Source of the DNA: an uncultured Alphaproteobacteria bacterium
GTDB lineage: Bacteria > Electryoneota > RPQS01
DNA: 64,000 bases
Direction: 5' to 3'
Assembly (NCBI GenBank): GCA_964444755.1
Contig: CAYUIF010000002.1
Location: 1-64,000 of the forward strand
Numbering within the stretch: the stretch's first letter is position 1; the number at the start of each line of letters is the position of its first letter. Positions 18,316 through 27,206 of this stretch are shown here, one piece after another. The notes below the pieces were generated by a model that saw only the letters and a program-made list of their open reading frames with translations, had not been told where the DNA came from and did not search any database. A program made the position numbers and the translations under genes.

Positions 18316-21300
18316 ATGCAGTTCAGAAATATAACTTGCATTGTCTTTTCAATGTTACTGCTGGTGACGGGTTTGATTTCAACGGCTGGCGCGGCAGGCA
18401 GCCAAGCCGAATTAGCCCAGCCAGTGCCGACGATCACTGCAGGTATGGATCAAAATCAGTCTCTCGCAACGTTGGGGGAAACTCAGCGGGGACGTGGCAA
18501 TAACCCCTTGGACGATTGGCAAACGCAAGCAATATCATATGCTTGGATTGACATTTCGGCAACGGGCCAAACAGCGGGTGTTAGCGGCAACGATTCAACC
18601 AGCGGTCCGATTTCGATGGGTATTTCCTTCCGTTGGTTCGGAACAACTCAAACCCAAATCCGGATTTCGACCAACGGCTTTCTGACGTTCGGAGATACGG
18701 CGAATACGGGGCAAAATACAAGCATTCCCAGTACCGCCGAACCCAACGGGGCATTCTATGTGTTCTGGGACGACTTAATGGTTGACGAATCAGCCGGTGA
18801 CTGGATTAAGTACTTAACGGACACGGCAAATAACCGATTTATCGTCACATGGCATTGTCGTCGGTTGGGCGGGACGCTGCCCGTAGATTTTCAGGCGATT
18901 CTAAACGTAAACGGTCAGGTTATATATCAGTATCAGAACCTCGATGTTCGCGAATCGTGCACAATCGGCTTGGAAAACTCGACCGGTACCGATGGCCTGC
19001 AGATGTGTTTTGACGGTAGCGGAGTCATTCCAACGGCCAGTTCCGCATATCGCCTGGCCGAACCGGCCGGCACACCGAATCCGGTAACCAACCTCACCGC
19101 CTTAGTCTTGGGAACCAATGTCGCTTTGACCTGGACCAATCCCACGACCGATGTTTATGGCTCCATCCTCGGGGTTGACAGTTGCGACATCTATCTCGGT
19201 TCGACATTGATCGGCCGGGTCGGCCCCGGCGTGAATGCGTACGGTCATGCCAATACTGCGCTGGGTACTCTCGTTTATACGGTGTATGCCTGGAACGGAG
19301 TTTTCCCGAATCCCGTCGGGTACCGGAGTTTGCCGGCATCCGTAACGGTAGATGTGAGCGAACCCGTCTTCAGCTATCAGGAAGATTTTGAGTTGAGCAA
19401 TGGCGGATGGACGGCAACTCCCGCCACCAATGGCTGGGAATGGGGCATTCCCACGGCCGCCAATGGCCCTGCGTCCGCCCATAGCGGAAGCCGGCTCTGG
19501 GGCACGGTGTTGAACGGCAATTATGCCAACAATGCATGTTATCAGCTCGAATTATCGGCCACACAACCCGTGAATAGTACGAATGCCGCAGTATCTTTCT
19601 GGGGATGGTACCGGAGCGAGGGCACGAGCAACACAACCTATGATGGGTGCAATTTCCGAATCAGCACAGACGGGGGGAGCAATTGGCAGGTTTTGATGCC
19701 GGTCATCGGACTCTACGATGATACGCTGATGACGACGAACAACACCTGCATCGGGTATCACAAACCCACGTGGAACGGCAGTCGGGCAGCCGATAGCCTG
19801 GTTGCCGGGCGATGGCGATATTTCGTTCTGCCGCTTAGCGGTTTCGTAGGACAGACTCCGATATTTCGATTCAGCTTCGGATCGGATCCGCAAGCCGCTA
19901 ATTTTGCGGGATTCTATATCGACGATCTGTCGATTTGCGGTCTGGCACCCGGCGGCGGAGCGACCATCAGCGGCACAATCACACTGGACGGTGAGATGGG
20001 ATCGGTGACGGAAACTGTCGTTCGCGCCAATGGTTTCGGTGCCCCACTGGACTATCCGAATGCCCAGGGTGCGTATGAACTGGCGAATGTCCAACCCGGA
20101 GCGCGGATTCTTATGGCATCCCTGACCGGATACCAGCCGGCTTCGACTAATATCACCGTGACGGGGGACACTACCGATGTAGATATGACACTCCGCCGGC
20201 AAGTACCACCCGCTCCAACCAACTTAACCGCCACGCTTGCGGCTGGATCTGAAATCGTCGCCTTGAATTGGGACGATTCGCCGGATATGTTTGTGGATCT
20301 CTACCGAGTATATCGAAAGCACGCAGCAGATTCAAGTTATACACTGAATCAACTGATCTATGGCCGCACGGCATCGCAGGCGGTGGACACGCTTCCCCAG
20401 GCCTTAGTCTATCACTACGTTGTGACCGCGGTGGACACTAATGTCATCGCTCCGCCGATTGAATCGGGCTATTCGAATCGGGCGGATGTTGCCAATGTTA
20501 CCCTCCCGCCCCAATCGCTGCATGCCCGGACCGATTTTGATGACCATGTCCGGCTAACGTGGGTGGGCCCGACCGATCCGCCAATGGTAGAGCTTAGCTA
20601 CGATAACGGCACCTGTTCCCCGGAAGTCAGCGGAATCGGCTTTTCGTCACAACCGCTGTTCGGCTGGATTGCCACCCGGTTTCAGACTGAAGGAGCGGTC
20701 GTAGTGTATCGGCTCCGGATCTATTTCACCGAGAATGCGCTCCCCGGCGATGCGTTTCAAGTAGGACTCTTTGCAGACAACGGAAGCGGTCGCCCCACGT
20801 TCACACCGCTGGATGTAATGAACGCCACAATGGAATTGCCGTTGAATAGTTTTCGCGATTTTTATCTGACGACACCGCGCACTTTCACGGATGGGATTTT
20901 CTACGTAGGCGCCCGACAACTCGGTGATTGGCCGCTCAATATTGGTGGCGACATCGAGTCGCCGTTTATCAACAACACGTTCTTCTTTGCGGCTGATCCA
21001 TGGTCGTGGACGACGTTCGAGCCCACCACGATGGCGATTCCGTTGATGCACGCCGTTGTCCAAAGCACGACTACGCAAGCGATGGTTCTACATCCATCCG
21101 GTTGGGAATATTCGGACGCAACAACTGAGTCAAAGCTGGTGTCGCATGGCAGCGAACCATCGGCAACACTGACCTATCTGACCGAACTATCCAGCGAGAA
21201 TATCGCTCAACTGACGGCAAGCCGTTTAAGCTATACCACCGGACCTCGCGCACCACACGCCGAGGCGATTTCCATTCCTGATCGTGATCGCTCAACTCTT

Positions 21301-24300
21301 GACGATCCCGATTACTACATTGTTTATCGTAATGGGATTGATGTCGCGCATCCCACCAGTCTTTCCTATAACGACTACGTTGATGAGAGCCACGCCAATA
21401 CGTATTGGCTCACCGCGCGGTACGACGATGGTTCCGAGTCTTCCCACTCGGACACGGTAACCGCGATGCCGGCGATGCCGCCCGGTGCGCCCGTAGTCAC
21501 CGGTATGCCGCTGGGACTTAGCACCATCGAAATCAGTTGGATCAATCCCACGCAGAACGCCGATGGTTCACCGTGCGTAGATCTGGATTCCTTGCGTATC
21601 TATCGCGATGGAATTCTGCTCGCCACCGTGCCCAGCAGCATTACACAGTATATTGACACGCCTGCATACCCAACCGCACTGTACACCTGGTCCGTTCGTG
21701 GAGTGGATGAAGCCTCGAACGCCGGACCGGCCGGAGTCTACTCCGGCTCGGTTCTTCCACCTTGGGAGGAGGTGCTCTTTAATTGGATAGACATATCGGC
21801 ATCGGGTACCAATACGGGAGCGACCGGCAATGACGCCACCAGCGGACCGATCCCATTGGGGTTCGTCTTCCCCTTCTATGGCAGTTACTACTCGCAGGTG
21901 CGCGTTTGTACGAATGGTTGGCTCTCGTTTTTAAGTACAGCATCGGTCAATTACACGAATATCGCGTTACCCTCACCGGCGGATCCCAATGCTGCGATCT
22001 ATCCATTCTGGGATAATTTGAACGTCGTGGCCAGTTCCGGTCAGTGGGTCAAATATCGGGCGGAGCCGAGCCGTTTCACAATTTCATGGCATTGTCAGCT
22101 TTCCAGCGGAAGCACCGGACCGTTCGATTTTCAAGTGGTTCTTGAGGAAAACGGGACCATCACGCTTCAGTATTTATCCTTGCCGAGTGTGATTAACTCC
22201 TTTACGCTGGGCGTCGAGAATGCAACCGGCACTTCGGCTTTGTTGCTGCTATACAACGGCAACGGCGATTGGACGCCGGGAGAAAATACGGCCATCCGGA
22301 TTTTTGCCCCGCACCCTGTTTTTGCACCGGTCTCCGGAACGGTCGCCTTTGACGGTGGCAACGGCACGATGACCAGCGTTACAATTACCGCTTCAGGCGA
22401 GAATCATCCGTCGATTCATCCGTTAGCCGATGGGACATGGACAATGGATGAAGTCGCCACCGGATATCGTCAATTCATCGCTCATCTCACGGGTTTCGTC
22501 TCCGATACCGTTTTTGCCGTCGTTCCCGATACCGGACTTTCGAACATATCGCTTGTATTGCGGCGCAATAATCCTCCGGCTCCCACCGGGTTTACCGCAA
22601 CGGTGAATACGGCGACACAGATCGTTACCATGGACTGGAACGACTCGCCGGACGGGCTGGTTGATGCGTATCGTATTTACCGTAAGCTGTCATCTGCGAG
22701 TACCTGGACGCTATTGCGAACCGTGATCGGTCGAACGAACTCCGCCAGCAGTGATACTCTGGTTGGCTTAACCGGCGGGTACCATTATTCGGTAACGGCG
22801 ATTGATACCAATGTCACCGGATCTCCGGTGGAATCCGATCGCTCCCCGACGGCGTTGGTCATTGCCGGCCATCCGGCTCCTAACAACCTGACTGCCGATG
22901 GCCGATTCGATGACCGGATTCGTCTGACGTGGGCGGTTCCAGGTGCGGCCAACTCGCCCGGCTTCATCAGCAATCGCGAAACCGCCGGCATCAGCCCGAT
23001 GGACTTCAGCGGCTCCGTCAAAGCAACGTCCTTGGCAAGGCTCGGCGATGATGAAGCATCGACTTCATCGGCACGCGATGGCCGCAGCACGCTGGACGAG
23101 GTCATTAACTACAAGATCTATCGCGACAACGTTCTGCTCACCACCGTGGCCGGCACAGTATTGCAGTACAACGACACGAATGTTGTGGAGAATCAGCCCC
23201 ACAATTATTATGTCACGGCGCTCTATGACGACAATCAGGAGTCGGGATTGTCCAACGTGGTCAGCAATGCGCGCTGCAATCTGGCTCCCGGAGTTCCAAC
23301 GGATTTCACATTGACGCCGCGCGGCACGACCATGCAGCTCAGTTGGTCGGATCCGACCGTAAATGCGCTCAATGCGGATAATTTAGCCACGTTCTGCTCG
23401 GACTTGGTGAAGATCTATATCTATCGGGATAATGTCTTGATCGATAGTGTTAATGCCGGAGTAAATGTTTATACGGATTCTCCGCCGGAGCCGACTGAAG
23501 TGTACACATGGTCGCTCCGTGCTCTGGATGAAGTGCCGAATCTCAGCGCTTCGATCAGCGCCATCGGCATTATTGAATCGCCATGGCAGCCGGCAGTCTA
23601 TGACTGGATTGACATCTCATCCACCGGCACAACCATTTCCTTTTCGTCAACGGATGATGCGAATTCGGGCCCCTTCTCGCTGGGTTTTGAATTCCCCTAC
23701 TACGGTGAGAATTACACGAATGTCAGAGTCTGTACCAACGGTTGGCTCACGTTCAGCAGCAGCACCTCAACCACCTACTCCAATACGACCATTCCGAATA
23801 CATCCGTGCCCAATGCCACACTATATATATTCTGGGATGACTTGGTCATTACGTCGGGCTGGGTGAAGTATTTGTCTGACCCGGTTAACGGTCGCTTTAT
23901 CGTAACTTGGAATACAATCCGTCGATCAACGACAGATCCTTATACCCAGATGCAAATCATTTTAGAAAGCAGCGGTGCCGTAAAGTACCAGTATCAAGGA
24001 GTTCCGACCCTTCTCAATTCCTGTACGATCGGACTTGAGAACGCTACCGGTACGGAAGCAATCCAACTATTGGCGGCAGGTGCGGCCGAGGTTTGGACTC
24101 CGGCCGCCCAAAGTGCCGTGGAATTCTGGGGCGGTCCGTCGGGCAGTGTGGAAGGAACGGTTCTGGCTTATCCGATCAGCATACCCATTGTTAATTGTGC
24201 GGTCTGGGCTACCAGTGCCGAGCAGAATTCGGACACCGTTTATACGGATGTTGCCGGCTATTATATTCTCCGCACGGAACCCGGAGCCTATACACTATAT

Positions 24301-24999
24301 TTTGACCACCCGAACTATTGTCCGATGTCGGCAGATATTATTATTGAGGACAATGTTCCATTGACCCAGAACATGCAAATCCGATCCCTGACCGCTCAGT
24401 TTAGCGTTACATCCTTTACGATGGAAGCACCGGTGGGGATCGGCGGTGTCGCCACGTTTACGATACGCAATCAACCTAACGCGCCGTGTGTCTTGGATTA
24501 CTCGATCAGCGATACGTCCGACTGGCTGCGCGTCGTTCCGGAATCCGGAATACTGAATTCGAATCAAACAGACACCATTCGGGTCTATGCTGATGTGCAA
24601 AACTACCCCGTTTATACCGAATTGTACTCTTCTTTGGTTATCACATATCACGGTGCGGGCTCGCCGTACACGATTCCGGTTGATGTGATTGTAGTGCCTA
24701 ACACGTCGTCAGAAGATCTAATCATTGCCCCGCCAACAGAATTTGCTCTCTGGCAGAGTTATCCCAATCCCTTCAATTCGACGACTCAATTGCGATTCGA
24801 TGTACCGAAAGAGAGCCGGGTGGACATTGTGATTTACAATGTCATGGGACAGGAAATTGCCCATCCAGTTTCGAGAATTTATCCCGCAGGAAGATATGGT
24901 GTTCCCTTTGAGGCATCGGGAATGCCCTCCGGAATGTATCTCGTCCGAATGCAATCAGGTGAATATGTGGGAATGAACAAAATGTTGCTGCTGAAATAA
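18316..24999 (+). CDS. Giant T9SS-secreted multidomain protein (2227 aa). It carries three NIDO-like domains, three CarboxypepD_reg-like domains, multiple Fn3 domains, a MAM-like domain and a T9SS C-terminal sorting domain.
   Basis: A signal peptide is present. The three NIDO-like regions carry 'YAWIDIS...FRWFG', 'FNWIDIS...FPFYGSYYSQVRVCTNGWLSF...FWDNL' and 'YDWIDIS...FPYYGENYTNVRVCTNGWLTF...FWDDL'. The C-terminus 'YPNPFNSTTQLRFDV...MYLVRMQSGEYVGMNKMLLLK' is a Por_Secre_tail-type domain. Confidence 0.85.
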   Translation: MQFRNITCIVFSMLLLVTGLISTAGAAGSQAELAQPVPTITAGMDQNQSLATLGETQRGRGNNPLDDWQTQAISYAWIDISATGQTAGVSGNDSTSGPISMGISFRWFGTTQTQIRISTNGFLTFGDTANTGQNTSIPSTAEPNGAFYVFWDDLMVDESAGDWIKYLTDTANNRFIVTWHCRRLGGTLPVDFQAILNVNGQVIYQYQNLDVRESCTIGLENSTGTDGLQMCFDGSGVIPTASSAYRLAEPAGTPNPVTNLTALVLGTNVALTWTNPTTDVYGSILGVDSCDIYLGSTLIGRVGPGVNAYGHANTALGTLVYTVYAWNGVFPNPVGYRSLPASVTVDVSEPVFSYQEDFELSNGGWTATPATNGWEWGIPTAANGPASAHSGSRLWGTVLNGNYANNACYQLELSATQPVNSTNAAVSFWGWYRSEGTSNTTYDGCNFRISTDGGSNWQVLMPVIGLYDDTLMTTNNTCIGYHKPTWNGSRAADSLVAGRWRYFVLPLSGFVGQTPIFRFSFGSDPQAANFAGFYIDDLSICGLAPGGGATISGTITLDGEMGSVTETVVRANGFGAPLDYPNAQGAYELANVQPGARILMASLTGYQPASTNITVTGDTTDVDMTLRRQVPPAPTNLTATLAAGSEIVALNWDDSPDMFVDLYRVYRKHAADSSYTLNQLIYGRTASQAVDTLPQALVYHYVVTAVDTNVIAPPIESGYSNRADVANVTLPPQSLHARTDFDDHVRLTWVGPTDPPMVELSYDNGTCSPEVSGIGFSSQPLFGWIATRFQTEGAVVVYRLRIYFTENALPGDAFQVGLFADNGSGRPTFTPLDVMNATMELPLNSFRDFYLTTPRTFTDGIFYVGARQLGDWPLNIGGDIESPFINNTFFFAADPWSWTTFEPTTMAIPLMHAVVQSTTTQAMVLHPSGWEYSDATTESKLVSHGSEPSATLTYLTELSSENIAQLTASRLSYTTGPRAPHAEAISIPDRDRSTLDDPDYYIVYRNGIDVAHPTSLSYNDYVDESHANTYWLTARYDDGSESSHSDTVTAMPAMPPGAPVVTGMPLGLSTIEISWINPTQNADGSPCVDLDSLRIYRDGILLATVPSSITQYIDTPAYPTALYTWSVRGVDEASNAGPAGVYSGSVLPPWEEVLFNWIDISASGTNTGATGNDATSGPIPLGFVFPFYGSYYSQVRVCTNGWLSFLSTASVNYTNIALPSPADPNAAIYPFWDNLNVVASSGQWVKYRAEPSRFTISWHCQLSSGSTGPFDFQVVLEENGTITLQYLSLPSVINSFTLGVENATGTSALLLLYNGNGDWTPGENTAIRIFAPHPVFAPVSGTVAFDGGNGTMTSVTITASGENHPSIHPLADGTWTMDEVATGYRQFIAHLTGFVSDTVFAVVPDTGLSNISLVLRRNNPPAPTGFTATVNTATQIVTMDWNDSPDGLVDAYRIYRKLSSASTWTLLRTVIGRTNSASSDTLVGLTGGYHYSVTAIDTNVTGSPVESDRSPTALVIAGHPAPNNLTADGRFDDRIRLTWAVPGAANSPGFISNRETAGISPMDFSGSVKATSLARLGDDEASTSSARDGRSTLDEVINYKIYRDNVLLTTVAGTVLQYNDTNVVENQPHNYYVTALYDDNQESGLSNVVSNARCNLAPGVPTDFTLTPRGTTMQLSWSDPTVNALNADNLATFCSDLVKIYIYRDNVLIDSVNAGVNVYTDSPPEPTEVYTWSLRALDEVPNLSASISAIGIIESPWQPAVYDWIDISSTGTTISFSSTDDANSGPFSLGFEFPYYGENYTNVRVCTNGWLTFSSSTSTTYSNTTIPNTSVPNATLYIFWDDLVITSGWVKYLSDPVNGRFIVTWNTIRRSTTDPYTQMQIILESSGAVKYQYQGVPTLLNSCTIGLENATGTEAIQLLAAGAAEVWTPAAQSAVEFWGGPSGSVEGTVLAYPISIPIVNCAVWATSAEQNSDTVYTDVAGYYILRTEPGAYTLYFDHPNYCPMSADIIIEDNVPLTQNMQIRSLTAQFSVTSFTMEAPVGIGGVATFTIRNQPNAPCVLDYSISDTSDWLRVVPESGILNSNQTDTIRVYADVQNYPVYTELYSSLVITYHGAGSPYTIPVDVIVVPNTSSEDLIIAPPTEFALWQSYPNPFNSTTQLRFDVPKESRVDIVIYNVMGQEIAHPVSRIYPAGRYGVPFEASGMPSGMYLVRMQSGEYVGMNKMLLLK

Positions 25000-25030
25000 C
25001 CGCCGACTATTCGGACATCATCATGATGCA

Positions 25031-25067
25031 GGGGCCGACTCAGATAACTGGGTCGGCTCCGGTTTTG
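25031..25067 (+). terminator. Intrinsic terminator of giant gene 2
   Basis: GCCGAC-TCAGATAACTGG-GTCGGC is followed by TCCGGTTTTGT. Confidence 0.5.
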
Positions 25068-25270
25068 TAGATCTGCACTGCACCCCGTTTATTGAATAGC
25101 GTTTCCTATATAACAGAGAGGTGATGGCGGTTTGTTTGGATTGAAGCTCGTAATCGGAAGCCGATGCTGCTCGAATAGGCTCCAACCGAGAGAAGTGCAA
25201 CCGGCTCCTCGGCAATGGAGAGCCTGGTTCCGGCTTATGTTGGTCACAAAATGTGGATTTAAGAATGCTC

Positions 25271-25440
25271 ATGATAAGAGCCCCAAACGGGGCTTTTTGT
25301 TGTTGCAGCACGAGCAGCAGAATCGTATTGGAATGTACTGACCATGTAGTAGAAACTGATTACGAATTCGCAATCAGAGCTTTCCGGAAAAGACAAATCA
25401 TAGTCGTAAAAAATGCCGCGATTGGGATATTCGGTACGAA
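25271..25440 (+). repeat. Conserved intergenic element, copy 1 (candidate sRNA), beginning with a terminator hairpin
   Basis: It aligns at roughly 75-80% identity with 39655..39830. The shared text is 'ATGATAARAGCCCCRACGGGGCTTTTGTTGTTG', 'AATCGYATTRGAATGTACTGACCATGTAG', 'AAACYTGATYACGRATTYGCRAA' and 'AAGACAA...TCGTAAA...GATTKGGATAT'. An indel breaks any shared reading frame. Confidence 0.5.
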
Positions 25441-25532
25441 AAATTAGTGGGCTCTTTGTGCGGCTGTTAGTTCACGAGACTGTCCCAAGACTGTCCCCAT
25501 CGGTTCGTAAGTAAAATAATTACAGTGGTGGT

Positions 25533-25574
25533 CAGCTTACTCTTAATCAAACGAATGTTCCTTTGTAAGTTTAG
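25533..25574 (+). repeat. Decayed repeat of the tRNA-Lys anticodon arm and 3' flank (possible island boundary)
   Basis: 'CAGCTTACTCTTAATCAAACGAATGTTCCTTTGTAAGTTTAG' matches the tRNA anticodon arm 'CAGCTGACTCTTAATCAG' joined to the tRNA 3' flank 'GAACGGATGTTCCTTTATAAATGTAG' at 9635..9660. Confidence 0.35.
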
Positions 25575-25730
25575 TATTCTGAACGTTGCTGTTTATGCCT
25601 AATGTCCGCGAAGTAAAGTCGCCGTTTTCAGAACATCAAAAAGAGCTTCGAATGGACAATCAGAACAAGAAGCAGAAAAGCACGCTTTTGCTGCACTTAA
25701 CATGAGAGTTTCAGCTTAGCGTAGGCTGAG

Positions 25731-25759
25731 TTGACAAAGAACCTTTGGAGTGGTAGATT
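25731..25759 (+). promoter_or_regulatory. Sigma70-like promoter (TTGACA-17-TAGATT)
   Basis: The -35 and -10 boxes are separated by exactly 17 nt, and the promoter lies upstream of the 25795 gene. Confidence 0.45.
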
Positions 25760-25794
25760 GAACTATTCAGAGCTTGATCCATAGAGGATAACCA

Positions 25795-26298
25795 ATGAAA
25801 ATTATCACCGTAATGAACCTCGCAGTCGTGATGGTGCTGGCTGTCAGCTGTTCCAGCGACAAGCCCACCGCACCGAATAGTGACACGACACTGTACTTCG
25901 ATATTATCGGCACTGATGCTCCGGCCAACATGGACGCCGCGATGCAGGAACTGGGTGATCTGTCAATACTGGTTCCAGATCCGGTCGATCCGACCGATGC
26001 CGTATTGAGACAAGATGTGAATGGCGAAGTTCTGACGGCGATCACCCTTGATGACTCGGTGCGCGTGAACTTTCGCCGAATTTTGGCCCATCTGCACGAT
26101 CAGATGAATGCCCTTCGCCGGTGCATGGCAAACAATGACGATCCTCGGCTGCTTCGGTTGGCTCACGGTGCTCATCAAGCCATTCGGCGGGGCATCTTAG
26201 CCCTGGAGAACGAAGAACCGCGTCTGGCGCTGCGCTATTTCCATACGGCCAATCGCATGTTAAATCTGGCGAATACTCTGTGCCGAGGACGCGGATAG
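25795..26298 (+). CDS. Hypothetical lipoprotein
   Basis: A signal peptide with lipobox 'LAVSCSS' is present. An AGAGGATAA ribosome-binding site precedes the start. Confidence 0.6.
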   Translation: MKIITVMNLAVVMVLAVSCSSDKPTAPNSDTTLYFDIIGTDAPANMDAAMQELGDLSILVPDPVDPTDAVLRQDVNGEVLTAITLDDSVRVNFRRILAHLHDQMNALRRCMANNDDPRLLRLAHGAHQAIRRGILALENEEPRLALRYFHTANRMLNLANTLCRGRG

Positions 26299-26330
26299 CC
26301 GCTATCGACCTTCAATCACTAATGCTATAA

Positions 26331-26357
26331 AGCCGCTGAGCAAGCGGCTTTTTATTT
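26331..26357 (+). terminator. Intrinsic terminator
   Basis: AGCCGCT-GAGCA-AGCGGCT is followed by TTTTTATTT. Confidence 0.6.
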
Positions 26358-26483
26358 GGTGCCAGCCTTGAGAAGACGGGCCTGGGCATCACCTACCAAG
26401 CTAGCCTCAGAAGCAGACTCCCGTAATAAAACAGGAGGCCGCCCCTTGCGGGACAGCCCCTGTACATCTACCGTCAGAGTGAA

Positions 26484-26759
26484 TTAGTACCGAGCGTTGC
26501 GCGCCGGGCGTTCTTCCCGGGGTTTCGCTTCATTGACCGTCATCCGGCGGCCTCGCGTCTCCATCTCATTTAACGCGTTAATGGCGGCTCGCCCTTCCTT
26601 GTCATTCGGCATTTCGACAAAACCAAATCCCTTGCTGCGATTGGTCATGCGATCCACGATAACGCTGGCGCGGTCGACTTTGCCGTGCGCTTCAAACATG
26701 TTGCGCAGATCATCTTCACCGGTCTCGTAGGACAGATTGCCTACATAAATGTTTACCAT
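26484..26759 (-). CDS. RNA-binding protein with an RRM domain (RNP-2 'IYVGNL', RNP-1 'KGFGFVEM')
   Basis: The RRM hallmarks are canonical. An ATG at 26759 with an AAAGGA ribosome-binding site is the preferred start. Confidence 0.85.
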   Translation of the reverse strand: MVNIYVGNLSYETGEDDLRNMFEAHGKVDRASVIVDRMTNRSKGFGFVEMPNDKEGRAAINALNEMETRGRRMTVNEAKPREERPARNARY

Positions 26760-27054
26760 CGTTGAATCCTTTTCAACTTGCGGGGATGGTGTCCCCAAAC
26801 TGTCACTTACTTACCTATCAACAAGCCGAAAAAGATATTGTATCCAAAACCTTCTCGTGACACAGGCCTGCGAAGAGCTCCGCAAGGAGCGACTGTTAGT
26901 GCAGGAGGTTAAGGATCATTCCCGAATCCCATGCAACCCCAATATACGAAATAAAGACGTGAATTGCTTGCAAGCCTACGCCTCGGCTGTTAACATTGCA
27001 CTTACATACCCATTCTGGCACATCCTGTTGAAACCCTGCGTGATGCGCTTGATA

Positions 27055-27087
27055 CACTCTAGGCGATCAATCCCCGGCTTATTCACG
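27055..27087 (+). repeat. 33-nt direct repeat, copy a (downstream flank of the S8 peptidase-1 gene)
   Basis: 'CACTCTAGGCGATCAATCCCCGGCTTATTCACG' matches 31928..31960 in about 27 of 33 positions, including an identical 17-mer ATCCCCGGCTTATTCAC. Confidence 0.35.
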
Positions 27088-27130
27088 AGCAGCAGAGTAG
27101 CGAACATTGGTATGGATGGTAATTAAGTAG

Positions 27131-27172
27131 TGTTCAACAAACAAGAGTGCCTCCGATGGATATCGGAGGCAC
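27131..27172 (-). terminator. Intrinsic terminator of the S8 peptidase-1 gene
   Basis: A perfect 11-bp stem GTGCCTCCGAT-GGAT-ATCGGAGGCAC. On the minus strand it is followed by UCUUGUUUGUUG. Confidence 0.55.
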
Positions 27173-27206
27173 ATTGTTGACCAGACGAATCAGAAATAAT
27201 GGAGAA

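Noticed and set aside
25021-25447. ORFs 25021..25311(-), 25132..25341(+) and 25253..25447(+) in the region after giant gene 2
   Set aside because: They overlap terminators and the conserved non-coding element. The element's two copies differ by frame-shifting indels, so no conserved protein is encoded.
26749-27126. ORFs 26749..27126(+) and 31905..32102(+), which both encode '...RSIPGLFT...'
   Set aside because: The shared peptide is a by-product of the 33-nt DNA direct repeat. Neither ORF has a ribosome-binding site or a coherent domain.
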